The notes below the pieces were generated by a model that saw only the letters and a program-made list of their open reading frames with translations, was not told where the DNA came from and made no database searches. The position numbers and the translations under genes are program-made. A stretch of 32,248 bases of DNA from Aestuariivirga sp. (GTDB taxonomy: Bacteria; Pseudomonadota; Alphaproteobacteria; Rhizobiales; Aestuariivirgaceae): positions 1-32,248 of the forward strand of contig JBOHKD010000001.1 in NCBI GenBank assembly GCA_050728895.1, written 5' to 3'. Shown piece by piece: positions 24,135 to 32,248 of this stretch. Every line of letters starts with the position of its first letter. The stretch's first letter is position 1.

Positions 24135-25250
24135 TCACTTCGCTCCTTGAAACATGGGATGCACCAGCGCGCCGTCGCGGCCGATCAGCGTGCCCTTGAT
24201 GATTTCGTCGTCAAAATCGATTTTGAACGTGCCGTCTTTCTGCACCATGAGATCGAGAAAATTGGCGAGGTTCTTGGCGTAGAGGGGCGAGGCATTGCCC
24301 GCTAGCCTTCCGGCAAGGTTCACCGTTCCGATAATGGACACGCCATTATGCACCGCGATCTGGTCCGGCTTCGACAACGGGCAGTTGCCGCCGCGCTCGA
24401 CGGCGAGATCGACGATAATTGAGCCGGGCTTCATCGACTCGACCATTTCCTTTGTCACCAGCACCGGCGCGGGACGGCCGGGAATCAACGCCGTGGTGAT
24501 GACGATGTCCTGGGTCTTGATGTGTTCGGCCACCAGTTGCGCCTGCTTGGCCTTGTCTTCCGCCGATAGTTCCTTGGCATAGCCGCCCGCTGTTGCCGCG
24601 TCCGCCACATCGGCGAATATGAATTTGGCGCCGAGGCTCTTCACCTGCTCTTCCGTAGCCTTGCGCACGTCGGTTGCCGAAACGATGGCGCCTAGGCGCC
24701 GCGCCGTGGCGATGGCTTGCAGCCCCGCGACACCCACACCCATGATGAACACCTTGGCGGGCGGCACCGTGCCCGCCGCCGTCATCATCATCGGAAAAGC
24801 GCGCCCATATGCGCCCGCGGCATCGATTACCGCCTTGTAGCCCGCCAGATTGGCCTGCGATGAAAGGATATCCATGGATTGGGCGCGGCTGATGCGCGGC
24901 ATCAGTTCCATGGCGAACAGCGTGAGACCGGATTTCGCCAGCGCTTCAAGACCATTCCGGCCGCCATAGGGATCAAGGCCGCCCGCCAGCACCGCGCTCT
25001 GCTTGAGAGACTTCACCAGCGCATCCGAGGGGCGGCGGACCGTCAACACGATGTCCGCATCGCTGAAACCATTCTTGACGATTTTCGCTCCCGCGCCAGC
25101 GAAGGCTTCGTCAGATATGTGAGAACCCGCGCCCGCGCCCGCCTGTACGGCCACCTCAAGGCCCTTTTTCACATAAGCCTTGACCGTGTCGGGGCTGGCC
25201 GCGACGCGCGCTTCTCCCGGAAATGTTTCGGTGGGAATGGCAAGCTTCAT
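24135..25250 (-). CDS. pntA: NAD(P) transhydrogenase alpha subunit part 1 (NAD-binding)
   Basis: EARVAASP, PRISRAQSMDILSSQANLAGYKAV, GVGVAGLQAIATA, TTALIPGRPAP, DLAVERGGNC. Confidence 0.96.
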   Translation of the reverse strand: MKLAIPTETFPGEARVAASPDTVKAYVKKGLEVAVQAGAGAGSHISDEAFAGAGAKIVKNGFSDADIVLTVRRPSDALVKSLKQSAVLAGGLDPYGGRNGLEALAKSGLTLFAMELMPRISRAQSMDILSSQANLAGYKAVIDAAGAYGRAFPMMMTAAGTVPPAKVFIMGVGVAGLQAIATARRLGAIVSATDVRKATEEQVKSLGAKFIFADVADAATAGGYAKELSAEDKAKQAQLVAEHIKTQDIVITTALIPGRPAPVLVTKEMVESMKPGSIIVDLAVERGGNCPLSKPDQIAVHNGVSIIGTVNLAGRLAGNASPLYAKNLANFLDLMVQKDGTFKIDFDDEIIKGTLIGRDGALVHPMFQGAK

Positions 25251-25266
25251 GTGACCGGCGCCAGGT

Positions 25267-25557
25267 TTACGAGACCTTGATCGCGGTGATGAGCCCGAAC
25301 AGCACCAGAAGGCCGAGCGACAGCAGCCAGCGCGAGCCGGTGCGCGCATCGATAGTGACCGCGATCAGTCCCAGCGCCAATCCGGCAAATCCCGTTAGAA
25401 CATTGAGTGTGTGGGCGAAGCGGAACGCCACAAGCGCAATCAGCGTGAAGCCGGAAATCAGGGCAAGCCCCAAAACCCCCTTGAGGAAACCCTCAAAAGC
25501 GCCGCGGTGCGCCTCCATGTCGCCGGAATTCGAAGTTGAAGACGTCTGCTCTGCCAT
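25267..25557 (-). CDS. aa3-type cytochrome c oxidase subunit IV-like small membrane protein
   Basis: DMEAHRGAFEGFLK motif then three TM helices; upstream of pntA as is common in Alphaproteobacteria. Confidence 0.6.
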   Translation of the reverse strand: MAEQTSSTSNSGDMEAHRGAFEGFLKGVLGLALISGFTLIALVAFRFAHTLNVLTGFAGLALGLIAVTIDARTGSRWLLSLGLLVLFGLITAIKVS

Positions 25558-25651
25558 CGTATACCCCCTGGTCGCAAGTCGTTGAACTCTGTAGCCAACC
25601 CCGCCCGCCGCCGCAAGCCGTCCCCCGCGGCGCGGCGATAAGTCACGTAAA

Positions 25652-27436
25652 CTAACCCTCGTCCATCCCTTCAAGTTCGCCGATCATGCCGGAGATAACC
25701 AACAGGCCCTTCTGCCAAAAGCCGGGATCGGTGGCATCGAGGCCGAAGGGCGCCAACAATTCATTGTGGTGTTTGCTGCCGCCGGCCTTCAGCATGGCGA
25801 AATATTTTTCCTGGAAACCCGTCTCGCTTTCCCGGTACCGCGCATAAAGCGAGTTCACCAGACAGTCGCCGAAGGCATAGGCATAAACATAAAAAGGCGA
25901 ATGGATGAAGTGGGGAATATACGTCCAGAAGGTTTCGTAACCCGGCCCGAATTCGATAGCCTCGCCCAGGCTTTCCTTTTGAACGCCAAGCCAGATGGCG
26001 TTGATGCGGTCAGGCGTCAGTTCTCCCTCCTTGCGCGCCGTGTGGATTTGGCGCTCGAATGTATAGAAGGCGATCTGGCGTACCACCGTGTTGAGCATGT
26101 CCTCTGCCTTGGAGGCGAGCAGCGCCTTGCGCTTCTTGGCGTCCGTTGTCTGCTTGAGGAGGGCTTGGAAAGTCAGCATTTCGCCGAACACGCTTGCCGT
26201 CTCGGCCAGTGTCAGAGGAGTGGAAGCCATCAGCGCGCCTTGGCCCCTGGCCAGCACCTGATGCACACCGTGGCCCAACTCATGGGCGAGCGTCATCACG
26301 TCCCGCGTGCGGCCAAGATAATTGAGCAGCACGTAAGGGTGTGCCGAGGGCACTGTCGGGTGGGCAAAGGCGCCCGGCGCCTTGCCGGGCCGGGTGGGTG
26401 CATCGATCCAGTTCTTGTCGAAGAAGGTTCCGGCAATTTCAGCCATTTCAGGAGCGAAATCGCCATAGGCTTTGAGCACGATCTTCCGGGCATCGGCCCA
26501 CGGCACAGCTTGCGTGTCTTCGCTGGGAAGGGGGGCGTTGCGGTCCCAATGCATGAGCTTGTCCTTGCCCAGCCATTTGGCTTTCATCTTGTAGTAGCGG
26601 TGCGACAGCTTGGGGTAAGCGGCGCGCACCGCTTGAACGAGGGCCGCCACAACCTCAGGCTCGACGCGGTTGGAAAGATGGCGAGCGGCGGCGATGTCCT
26701 TGAAACCGCGCCAGCGGTCGGAAATATCCTTGTCCTTGGCCAGGGTGTTGGTGATCAAAGTGAAGAGCTGGAGATTTTCCTTAAAGGTCCGGGCCAAGGC
26801 CTCGGCCCCGGCTTTTCGCTTTGCTTCAGCCTTGTCCTGCAGCAGATTAAGTGTGGGCTCGAGCGTCAGCTTTTCGCCGTTTACCTCGAAACGCATCGCC
26901 GCCAGGGATTCATCGTAAAGCCGGTTGAAGGCGCTGAAGCTTGTCTGGGATTTTTCGAGGAAAAGCTCTTCCAGCTTGTCGTCAAGCTGATAGGGTTTTT
27001 CCATGCGCAAATTATCAATCCACGGCTTGTAATGTGCAAAGGCCGGAACCTGAGCGGCTTTTTCCAGCGCGGCATCATCGATGCGGTTGAGTTCGAGTTC
27101 GAAAAACAGCAGGAGCGTCGAAATCTCGGTAAGTTTGGCATTTACATCGCCGTAGAATTTGCCGCGCGCCGGATCGGTCGTGTCGCCCACATAATAAAGT
27201 TGCGCATAAGAGCCGGTACGGCCCAGTAGATCGGAAAGCGCCTCATAGGCTTTAAGCGCTTCCGCCAGTTGTTCGCCGTCGAGCGAAGCAAGCCTGCCCC
27301 GGTATTTTTCCGCGAAGGCTTTGGCCCGCGCCTCGCCAGCACGCATGTCGGCGGCAAACTCCGGCGCATCGGGCGCGGCATAAAGATCGGCGAGATTCCA
27401 TTCGGGCAGGTTTCCAAGGGCGGGCGTTGCGGTCAT
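25652..27436 (-). CDS. pepF: M3B oligoendopeptidase F
   Basis: LPEWNLADLY, GKAPGAF, TLAHELGHGVH, LAETASVFGE, PHFIHSPFYVYAYAFG; AAAGGA RBS before ATG 27436. Confidence 0.93.
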   Translation of the reverse strand: MTATPALGNLPEWNLADLYAAPDAPEFAADMRAGEARAKAFAEKYRGRLASLDGEQLAEALKAYEALSDLLGRTGSYAQLYYVGDTTDPARGKFYGDVNAKLTEISTLLLFFELELNRIDDAALEKAAQVPAFAHYKPWIDNLRMEKPYQLDDKLEELFLEKSQTSFSAFNRLYDESLAAMRFEVNGEKLTLEPTLNLLQDKAEAKRKAGAEALARTFKENLQLFTLITNTLAKDKDISDRWRGFKDIAAARHLSNRVEPEVVAALVQAVRAAYPKLSHRYYKMKAKWLGKDKLMHWDRNAPLPSEDTQAVPWADARKIVLKAYGDFAPEMAEIAGTFFDKNWIDAPTRPGKAPGAFAHPTVPSAHPYVLLNYLGRTRDVMTLAHELGHGVHQVLARGQGALMASTPLTLAETASVFGEMLTFQALLKQTTDAKKRKALLASKAEDMLNTVVRQIAFYTFERQIHTARKEGELTPDRINAIWLGVQKESLGEAIEFGPGYETFWTYIPHFIHSPFYVYAYAFGDCLVNSLYARYRESETGFQEKYFAMLKAGGSKHHNELLAPFGLDATDPGFWQKGLLVISGMIGELEGMDEG

Positions 27437-27655
27437 GGCGGATCCTTTGATAGGCGGGGCCCTCATATGGCGGAGGAAAGCCTTCCTCGCAACGCCACTC
27501 CACCGTCAAACCGCCGGAGTGTCCTCAAACGCGCTAACCCATTAATCCGGCCTTTACCGTTACCTGCCAAATTGGAGGGCATGCAAAGCGAGAGGCAGCG
27601 CCCCTCATCCGCTCAACTCCTAAATCCGGCTTTTATCGAAAGTTGTTAGTCGAGC

Positions 27656-29161
27656 ATGGCTTCCCGCATACTGATTGTCGAGGATGATCCCGCCCAGCGC
27701 CGAATCCTCGAAGAACTTGTCAAGCGTTTCGGCTTCGAGCCTTTCCCGGTGGATGGCGGAGCCAAAGGTATTGAAACCCTTAAAAGCCAAAATGGCGGCA
27801 ACATCGAGCTTGTTATCCTGGATCTCAACATGCCGGGCATGGACGGCCTTGAGTTCCTTGAGAAGCTACAGGCGGTGCGTGGCGATCTTCCGGTGATCGT
27901 GCAAACGGCGCAAGGCTCGATCGAAACCGTCATCAAAGCCATGCGCGCCGGCGCCGATGACTTCGTGGTGAAACCCATCTCGCCGGAGCGGCTGAAGGTA
28001 TCGATCCAGAACCTTCTCAAGGTGAATGCCCTGACGGAGGAGGTGAAACGTCTCAACAAGAAGGTGGGGGGCGCCCTCACATTCGACGATCTCATCGCCT
28101 CCTCGCCCGCCATGGCCAACGTGCTCCGGCTCGGACGCCGGGGGGCGCAGTCGAACATCCCCATACTGATCGAAGGGGAATCGGGCGTCGGCAAGGAAAT
28201 GATCGCCCGCGCCATCCAGGGCGAAAGCGAGCGGCCGGGCAAGCCGTTCGTCGCCGTCAACTGCGGCGCCATTCCGGAAAATCTTGTCGAGTCAATTTTG
28301 TTTGGCCATGAAAAAGGTTCGTTCACCGGCGCTACGGGCAAGCACTTCGGAAAATTCCAGGAGGCCGATGGCGGAACCCTGTTTCTCGATGAAGTCGCCG
28401 AATTGCCGTTTGACATGCAAGTCAAGCTGTTGCGCGCCATTCAAGAGGGCGAGATCGATCCGGTGGGTGCCCGCAAACCTGTCAAGGTCAATATAAGACT
28501 AATTTCCGCCACCAATCGCAACATGATCGAGATGGTGAAGCAGAGCCAGTTCCGCGAGGATCTCTATTATCGCCTCAATGTTTACCCGATCATGGTTCCG
28601 CCGCTGCGCGAGCGCAAGGAAGATATCCCGCCGCTGACCGAGCACTTCATCACCCGCTTCGCCGCCGAGGAGGGCCGCAAGGTGCGGGGTATCGACCCCC
28701 GGGCTTTGAGCCTGCTTGGAGCCTATTCCTGGCCAGGCAATGTGCGTCAGCTTGAAAATACCGTGTTCCGGGCCATCGTGCTGTGCGAGGGCGACAAGCT
28801 CGAAGTTCAGGACTTTCCCCAAATCGCCGGCCTCGTGGAAGGCTATGAAATCCAGATTCCAGCCGCTCCCGTGCAACCGCCCAAGCCGGCGCTTCCCCAA
28901 GGCGCGGCGGCGATGGCCGGCGGCACTTCGGTTGCCCGTTCCGCCGGGGCCTCGGTCAGCGACGGAATGGCACTGGGCATTCCCGCGGTCACAGGCGGCG
29001 GTCACATCCGCAAGCTTGAGGAGGTCGAAGCCGACATGATCCGGCTCGCCCTTAACCGCTACCGCGGCCAGATGTCGGAAGTCGCCCGCAAGCTCGGAAT
29101 CGGACGCTCGACGCTGTACCGGAAAATGAAGGATATGGGACTCGACGAGGCAATTGGGTGA
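27656..29161 (+). CDS. tacA: Sigma-54-dependent response regulator (REC-AAA+-Fis HTH), TacA-like
   Basis: Receiver DLNMP/KP, GESGVGKE, GSFTGA, LFLDEV, WPGNVRQLEN, LGIGRSTLYRK. The family call is secure; tacA orthology is inferred from the pepF neighbourhood. Confidence 0.85.
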   Translation: MASRILIVEDDPAQRRILEELVKRFGFEPFPVDGGAKGIETLKSQNGGNIELVILDLNMPGMDGLEFLEKLQAVRGDLPVIVQTAQGSIETVIKAMRAGADDFVVKPISPERLKVSIQNLLKVNALTEEVKRLNKKVGGALTFDDLIASSPAMANVLRLGRRGAQSNIPILIEGESGVGKEMIARAIQGESERPGKPFVAVNCGAIPENLVESILFGHEKGSFTGATGKHFGKFQEADGGTLFLDEVAELPFDMQVKLLRAIQEGEIDPVGARKPVKVNIRLISATNRNMIEMVKQSQFREDLYYRLNVYPIMVPPLRERKEDIPPLTEHFITRFAAEEGRKVRGIDPRALSLLGAYSWPGNVRQLENTVFRAIVLCEGDKLEVQDFPQIAGLVEGYEIQIPAAPVQPPKPALPQGAAAMAGGTSVARSAGASVSDGMALGIPAVTGGGHIRKLEEVEADMIRLALNRYRGQMSEVARKLGIGRSTLYRKMKDMGLDEAIG

Positions 29162-29257
29162 CACTCAATTTTATTTTATCCGGGCGATCCTCCTTGCTAG
29201 TTGAAATGCCACAATCGGGTGGCTAACTTTCAGAGTTAATATCGGGAATTTTGTTCC

Positions 29258-31165
29258 ATGAAGTCCCTTCTCGTGCGTTTGACTGCGGTTCTGTTGACGG
29301 TAGCTTTCGCGTCAAGTGTGGTCTTGGCTAAGAAGAGAGACAATCCCGCGAAGAAGAGCTGGAGTGCTTTCGAAAGTTCGTTCGCGTTCGACAACCCATG
29401 GAATTCACGGAAAAAATCGCGCAACTGGTGGGGCGGCTACGACGATGGCGTGCGGATCATCTACGGATCGAGACTCTATGCTCCTTGGTTCCGGAGAATT
29501 CCCCGCGGCAACGACGGCGATCCGGAAGCGGATTCGGGCTACGGTACCGGTAATCTCACCTATGCCGCCGACAAGCTGGTTCCCTTAAGCGGAACAAGTA
29601 TCAAAAAACCCCGCCCGGCCGATCCCGCAGCCGCCGCCCTCTATGATGCGCTTACAGCCAAAGACCTCGGCATTCGCATTCTTCCGGAAATTCGGCAGGC
29701 AATGCTTGATCATTACCGCGCCCGTGGCTTCCATCCCTTATGGATCGACCAGGGCAAGGTCGCGGCTAGGTCCAGCGCGGTTCTGAAGGTTCTAGCCTCG
29801 GCGGCCGAGGAGGGTATGCAACCCGCCAATTTTCTGCCTCCGGCGTTGTCGGATTTTGCCGCCGTGGAGCGTCTGGGAGAGAGCGGCCTCGCGGAACTGG
29901 CACGCTTCGATCTCGGCCTCACGGCCATGTCGTTGAAATATGCCCGGGATGTTTCCGGCGGCCAGTTCGATCCCCGGCGCCTGTCACGCTATAACGATAT
30001 CACACCCGAGCGAGGCTCCACGCCCCACGACCTGAACATGCTTGCCTGGTCGCCTTATCCCGATCTCTATCTCCGCGAGCTGCAACCCAAGCATCCGGCC
30101 TATGGCGCCATGAGGGCGGAGCTTGCCAAGCTCCGCAAGGAAATGAGCGAGACGGCATTTGTGCCGATCGCCACCGGCCAGCGCGTGAAACTCGGCCAGA
30201 CCGACAGCCGCATCCCGGCGGTCCGCGTGCGCCTCGCAAGCCTGGACCGCAGCGCCACGCCGGTGGCCGATGACGCCGACGACATGCTTGATTCGGATCT
30301 TTCCGGGGCGCTGAAGGAATTTCAAAAGACCGCCGGCATCAAGGCAACGGGCAGACTCGACAACAGCACCGTCAAGGCCCTGAACAACCATGGCGATGTG
30401 CGCAATCTGCGCCGTCTCGCCAACAACATGGAACGGATGCGGTGGTTGCCGAAGCAGCTTGGCTCACGCCATGTTTTCGTAAATCCGGCTGCCTTCCAGG
30501 TTCAGGTCATGGAGGGGCAGTCGGAGATTTGGCGCAGCAAAATCATTGTCGGCAAACCCAACACCCAGACCGCGGCATTTCATGACGAGATCGAAACCGT
30601 GGTGTTCAACCCGTCCTGGGGGGTGCCACCGTCGATCGTCGCCAATGAATATCTGCCCAAGCTCTGGAGCGATCCCTCCTATCTCGATCGCATTGGCTTC
30701 AAGGTGACCACCGCCAGTGGCCGCCAGGTGGCCTCAAGCGACATCGACTGGTGGGCCTATGAGCGCAAGGTTCCATTTAATATCCAGCAGCCGCCGGGTG
30801 CTGATAATGCCTTGGGCGAACTGAAGTTTCTTTTCCCCAACACCCACAATATCTACATGCACGACACCCCCACCAAGAATCTCTTTGCCAAGGACGTAAT
30901 GACCTTCAGCCATGGCTGCATCCGGGTTGAAAACCCCCGCGAATTCGCCACCATCCTGCTTGGATGGGCCCGCTCCAAAGTCGACGCCAACACCGAGAGC
31001 GGAAATAGCCAAACGGTGCCGCTCGCCAGCAAGGTACCGGTCCACATCACCTATTTCACGGCTTGGCCGGACGAGACCGGAAAAATTCAGTATTTCAACG
31101 ATATCTACGGCCGCGACGCGGCCATGGACAAGGCTGTCTCCACCACGCTCCTGGCCCAGCGCTAA
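29258..31165 (+). CDS. L,D-transpeptidase, YcbB/LdtD type with PG-binding domain
   Basis: Signal peptide, scaffold domain, LKEFQ...GI.ATG PG-binding motif, NALGELKFLFPN, YMHDTP, SHGCIRV. Confidence 0.92.
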   Translation: MKSLLVRLTAVLLTVAFASSVVLAKKRDNPAKKSWSAFESSFAFDNPWNSRKKSRNWWGGYDDGVRIIYGSRLYAPWFRRIPRGNDGDPEADSGYGTGNLTYAADKLVPLSGTSIKKPRPADPAAAALYDALTAKDLGIRILPEIRQAMLDHYRARGFHPLWIDQGKVAARSSAVLKVLASAAEEGMQPANFLPPALSDFAAVERLGESGLAELARFDLGLTAMSLKYARDVSGGQFDPRRLSRYNDITPERGSTPHDLNMLAWSPYPDLYLRELQPKHPAYGAMRAELAKLRKEMSETAFVPIATGQRVKLGQTDSRIPAVRVRLASLDRSATPVADDADDMLDSDLSGALKEFQKTAGIKATGRLDNSTVKALNNHGDVRNLRRLANNMERMRWLPKQLGSRHVFVNPAAFQVQVMEGQSEIWRSKIIVGKPNTQTAAFHDEIETVVFNPSWGVPPSIVANEYLPKLWSDPSYLDRIGFKVTTASGRQVASSDIDWWAYERKVPFNIQQPPGADNALGELKFLFPNTHNIYMHDTPTKNLFAKDVMTFSHGCIRVENPREFATILLGWARSKVDANTESGNSQTVPLASKVPVHITYFTAWPDETGKIQYFNDIYGRDAAMDKAVSTTLLAQR

Positions 31166-31202
31166 CCCCTATCGGAACCCGAATTTTCTTTGTTTGCCTC
31201 GG

Positions 31203-31219
31203 GTTAAGCCGATATTAAC
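31203..31219. promoter_or_regulatory. CtrA binding site
   Basis: GTTAA-GCCGATA-TTAAC, a full TTAA-N7-TTAAC consensus in the intergenic region. Confidence 0.7.
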
Positions 31220-31376
31220 GATGCTCTTTCACATTGGACAACAGAGGGGATCGGGCGGCGGCAGCCTAATCCTTGTTTGAAGGCCGGAATGGGTGTAAGC
31301 GGGCATATCGCCTTGTGGGAACCTGGACGGGGAAGCCAGAAGGGGAATCGGGAAACAGCCCGGTTGTGCATGGGGA

Positions 31377-32248
31377 ATGAGTTTGGTCAGGGACACCGAG
31401 CGACGCCGGTCATCGATGCCGCGTTTTAGGAAAGCTGTCGCCTCGTCCGCGATCGCCGCAGCCCTTGCTGCGGGCGTGTGGTTGGGTTTTGGAGCGCCCG
31501 CCCTGTCGAGCGGCGAAACGCGCACCATTTCCCTGCATCATATCCATACCGGTGAAGATCTGACCGTGACCTATATGGTCAACGGCCGATACGTTCCTTC
31601 GGCCATGAAGCAAATCAATTATCTGCTGCGCGACTGGCGCCGCAATGAAGTGATCGCCATCGACCCAAAGACCGTCGATCTGGTCTGGGAACTCCATGCC
31701 GATCTGGGCTCCAAGGCGCCCGTGAACATCGTGAGCGGTTACCGTTCGACCCAAACCAACGGCTTTTTGAAAAAGATCGGCCGTAACGTGGCCAAGAAGA
31801 GCCAGCATATCCTCGGCAAAGCCATCGATATCTATTTCCCCGATGTGCCAACGATCAGGATGCGCAACAGCGCCCTGGTGCGCAAGGTGGGGGGTGTTGG
31901 CTATTACCGGAGTTCTGGCGGGCCAACCGGCTTCCTGCATGTGGACTCGGGCCACGTGCGGCACTGGGGTCCCGGTATCGGAGCGCGGGAAATGGCGGCG
32001 ATTATGCGTGACTACCGCAAGACCGTAGGTGCTCGCATCAACCGGCAGGATCAGATGTTGCTGGCCGATACCAATTCGCCTTCCCAACAGGCAAAGCAAA
32101 TTAATCCCGTCGAGACCGCTTACGAAGAAGATGATGAGGAATTGGCCGAATTAACCCAGGAGGCGAGCGAGACGCCAAAGGCGCGCCAACCGAAACCCGC
32201 GGCGGAAACGATTGTTGCCGATCCCATTCCCAGGCCCCGGCCCAAGCC
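31377..32248 (+). CDS. DUF882/YcbK (MepK-like, peptidase M15) protein, truncated by the window end; not in the ORF track
   Basis: Hand translation: signal peptide, ETRTISLHHIHTGE, LRDWRRNE, SGYRS, KSQHILGKAIDI, GVGYY, FLHVDSG; start 31377 or 31416. Confidence 0.9.
   Translation, partial: MSLVRDTERRRSSMPRFRKAVASSAIAAALAAGVWLGFGAPALSSGETRTISLHHIHTGEDLTVTYMVNGRYVPSAMKQINYLLRDWRRNEVIAIDPKTVDLVWELHADLGSKAPVNIVSGYRSTQTNGFLKKIGRNVAKKSQHILGKAIDIYFPDVPTIRMRNSALVRKVGGVGYYRSSGGPTGFLHVDSGHVRHWGPGIGAREMAAIMRDYRKTVGARINRQDQMLLADTNSPSQQAKQINPVETAYEEDDEELAELTQEASETPKARQPKPAAETIVADPIPRPRPK

Noticed and set aside
29190..29240. Sigma-54 promoter next to the activator gene
   Set aside because: The TGGC...GC candidates on either strand lack the required GG-N10-GC spacing.

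Overview
GC-rich alphaproteobacterial (Hyphomicrobiales-like) chromosomal window with four zones. (1) 187-7079: a complete bacterial microcompartment (BMC) locus. Its gene order (class-III PLP enzyme, acylating aldehyde dehydrogenase, BMC-T, small encapsulation-peptide protein, BMC-P, BMC-H, BMC-T, APH-fold kinase, plus a convergent aminopropanol-dehydrogenase-like SDR) matches the RMM/aminoacetone-utilisation microcompartment characterised in Mycobacterium/Rhodococcus. It is followed by a minus-strand block of amine-metabolism genes (APC permease, cysteine hydrolase, group II PLP decarboxylase, FAD oxidase, ribokinase) that may feed it. (2) Housekeeping genes rpmJ, TPR protein, rpmE. (3) 15187-17522: an intact 2.3-kb IS1-family-like transposon with 20-bp terminal inverted repeats and an 8-bp target duplication. 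It carries a Fic-domain passenger and a small basic ORF, and is inserted at the start codon of an ABC exporter. (4) Core genes: MotA/MotB-like pair, higBA, split pntA1/pntA2/pntB, pepF, TacA-like sigma-54 activator, L,D-transpeptidase and a YcbK/MepK-like peptidase with a CtrA box. Within pnt, a palindromic repeat is flanked by a 17-bp duplication that recreates the TGATG stop/start coupling on both sides. All calls come from motif and sequence recognition only; no database searches were run.
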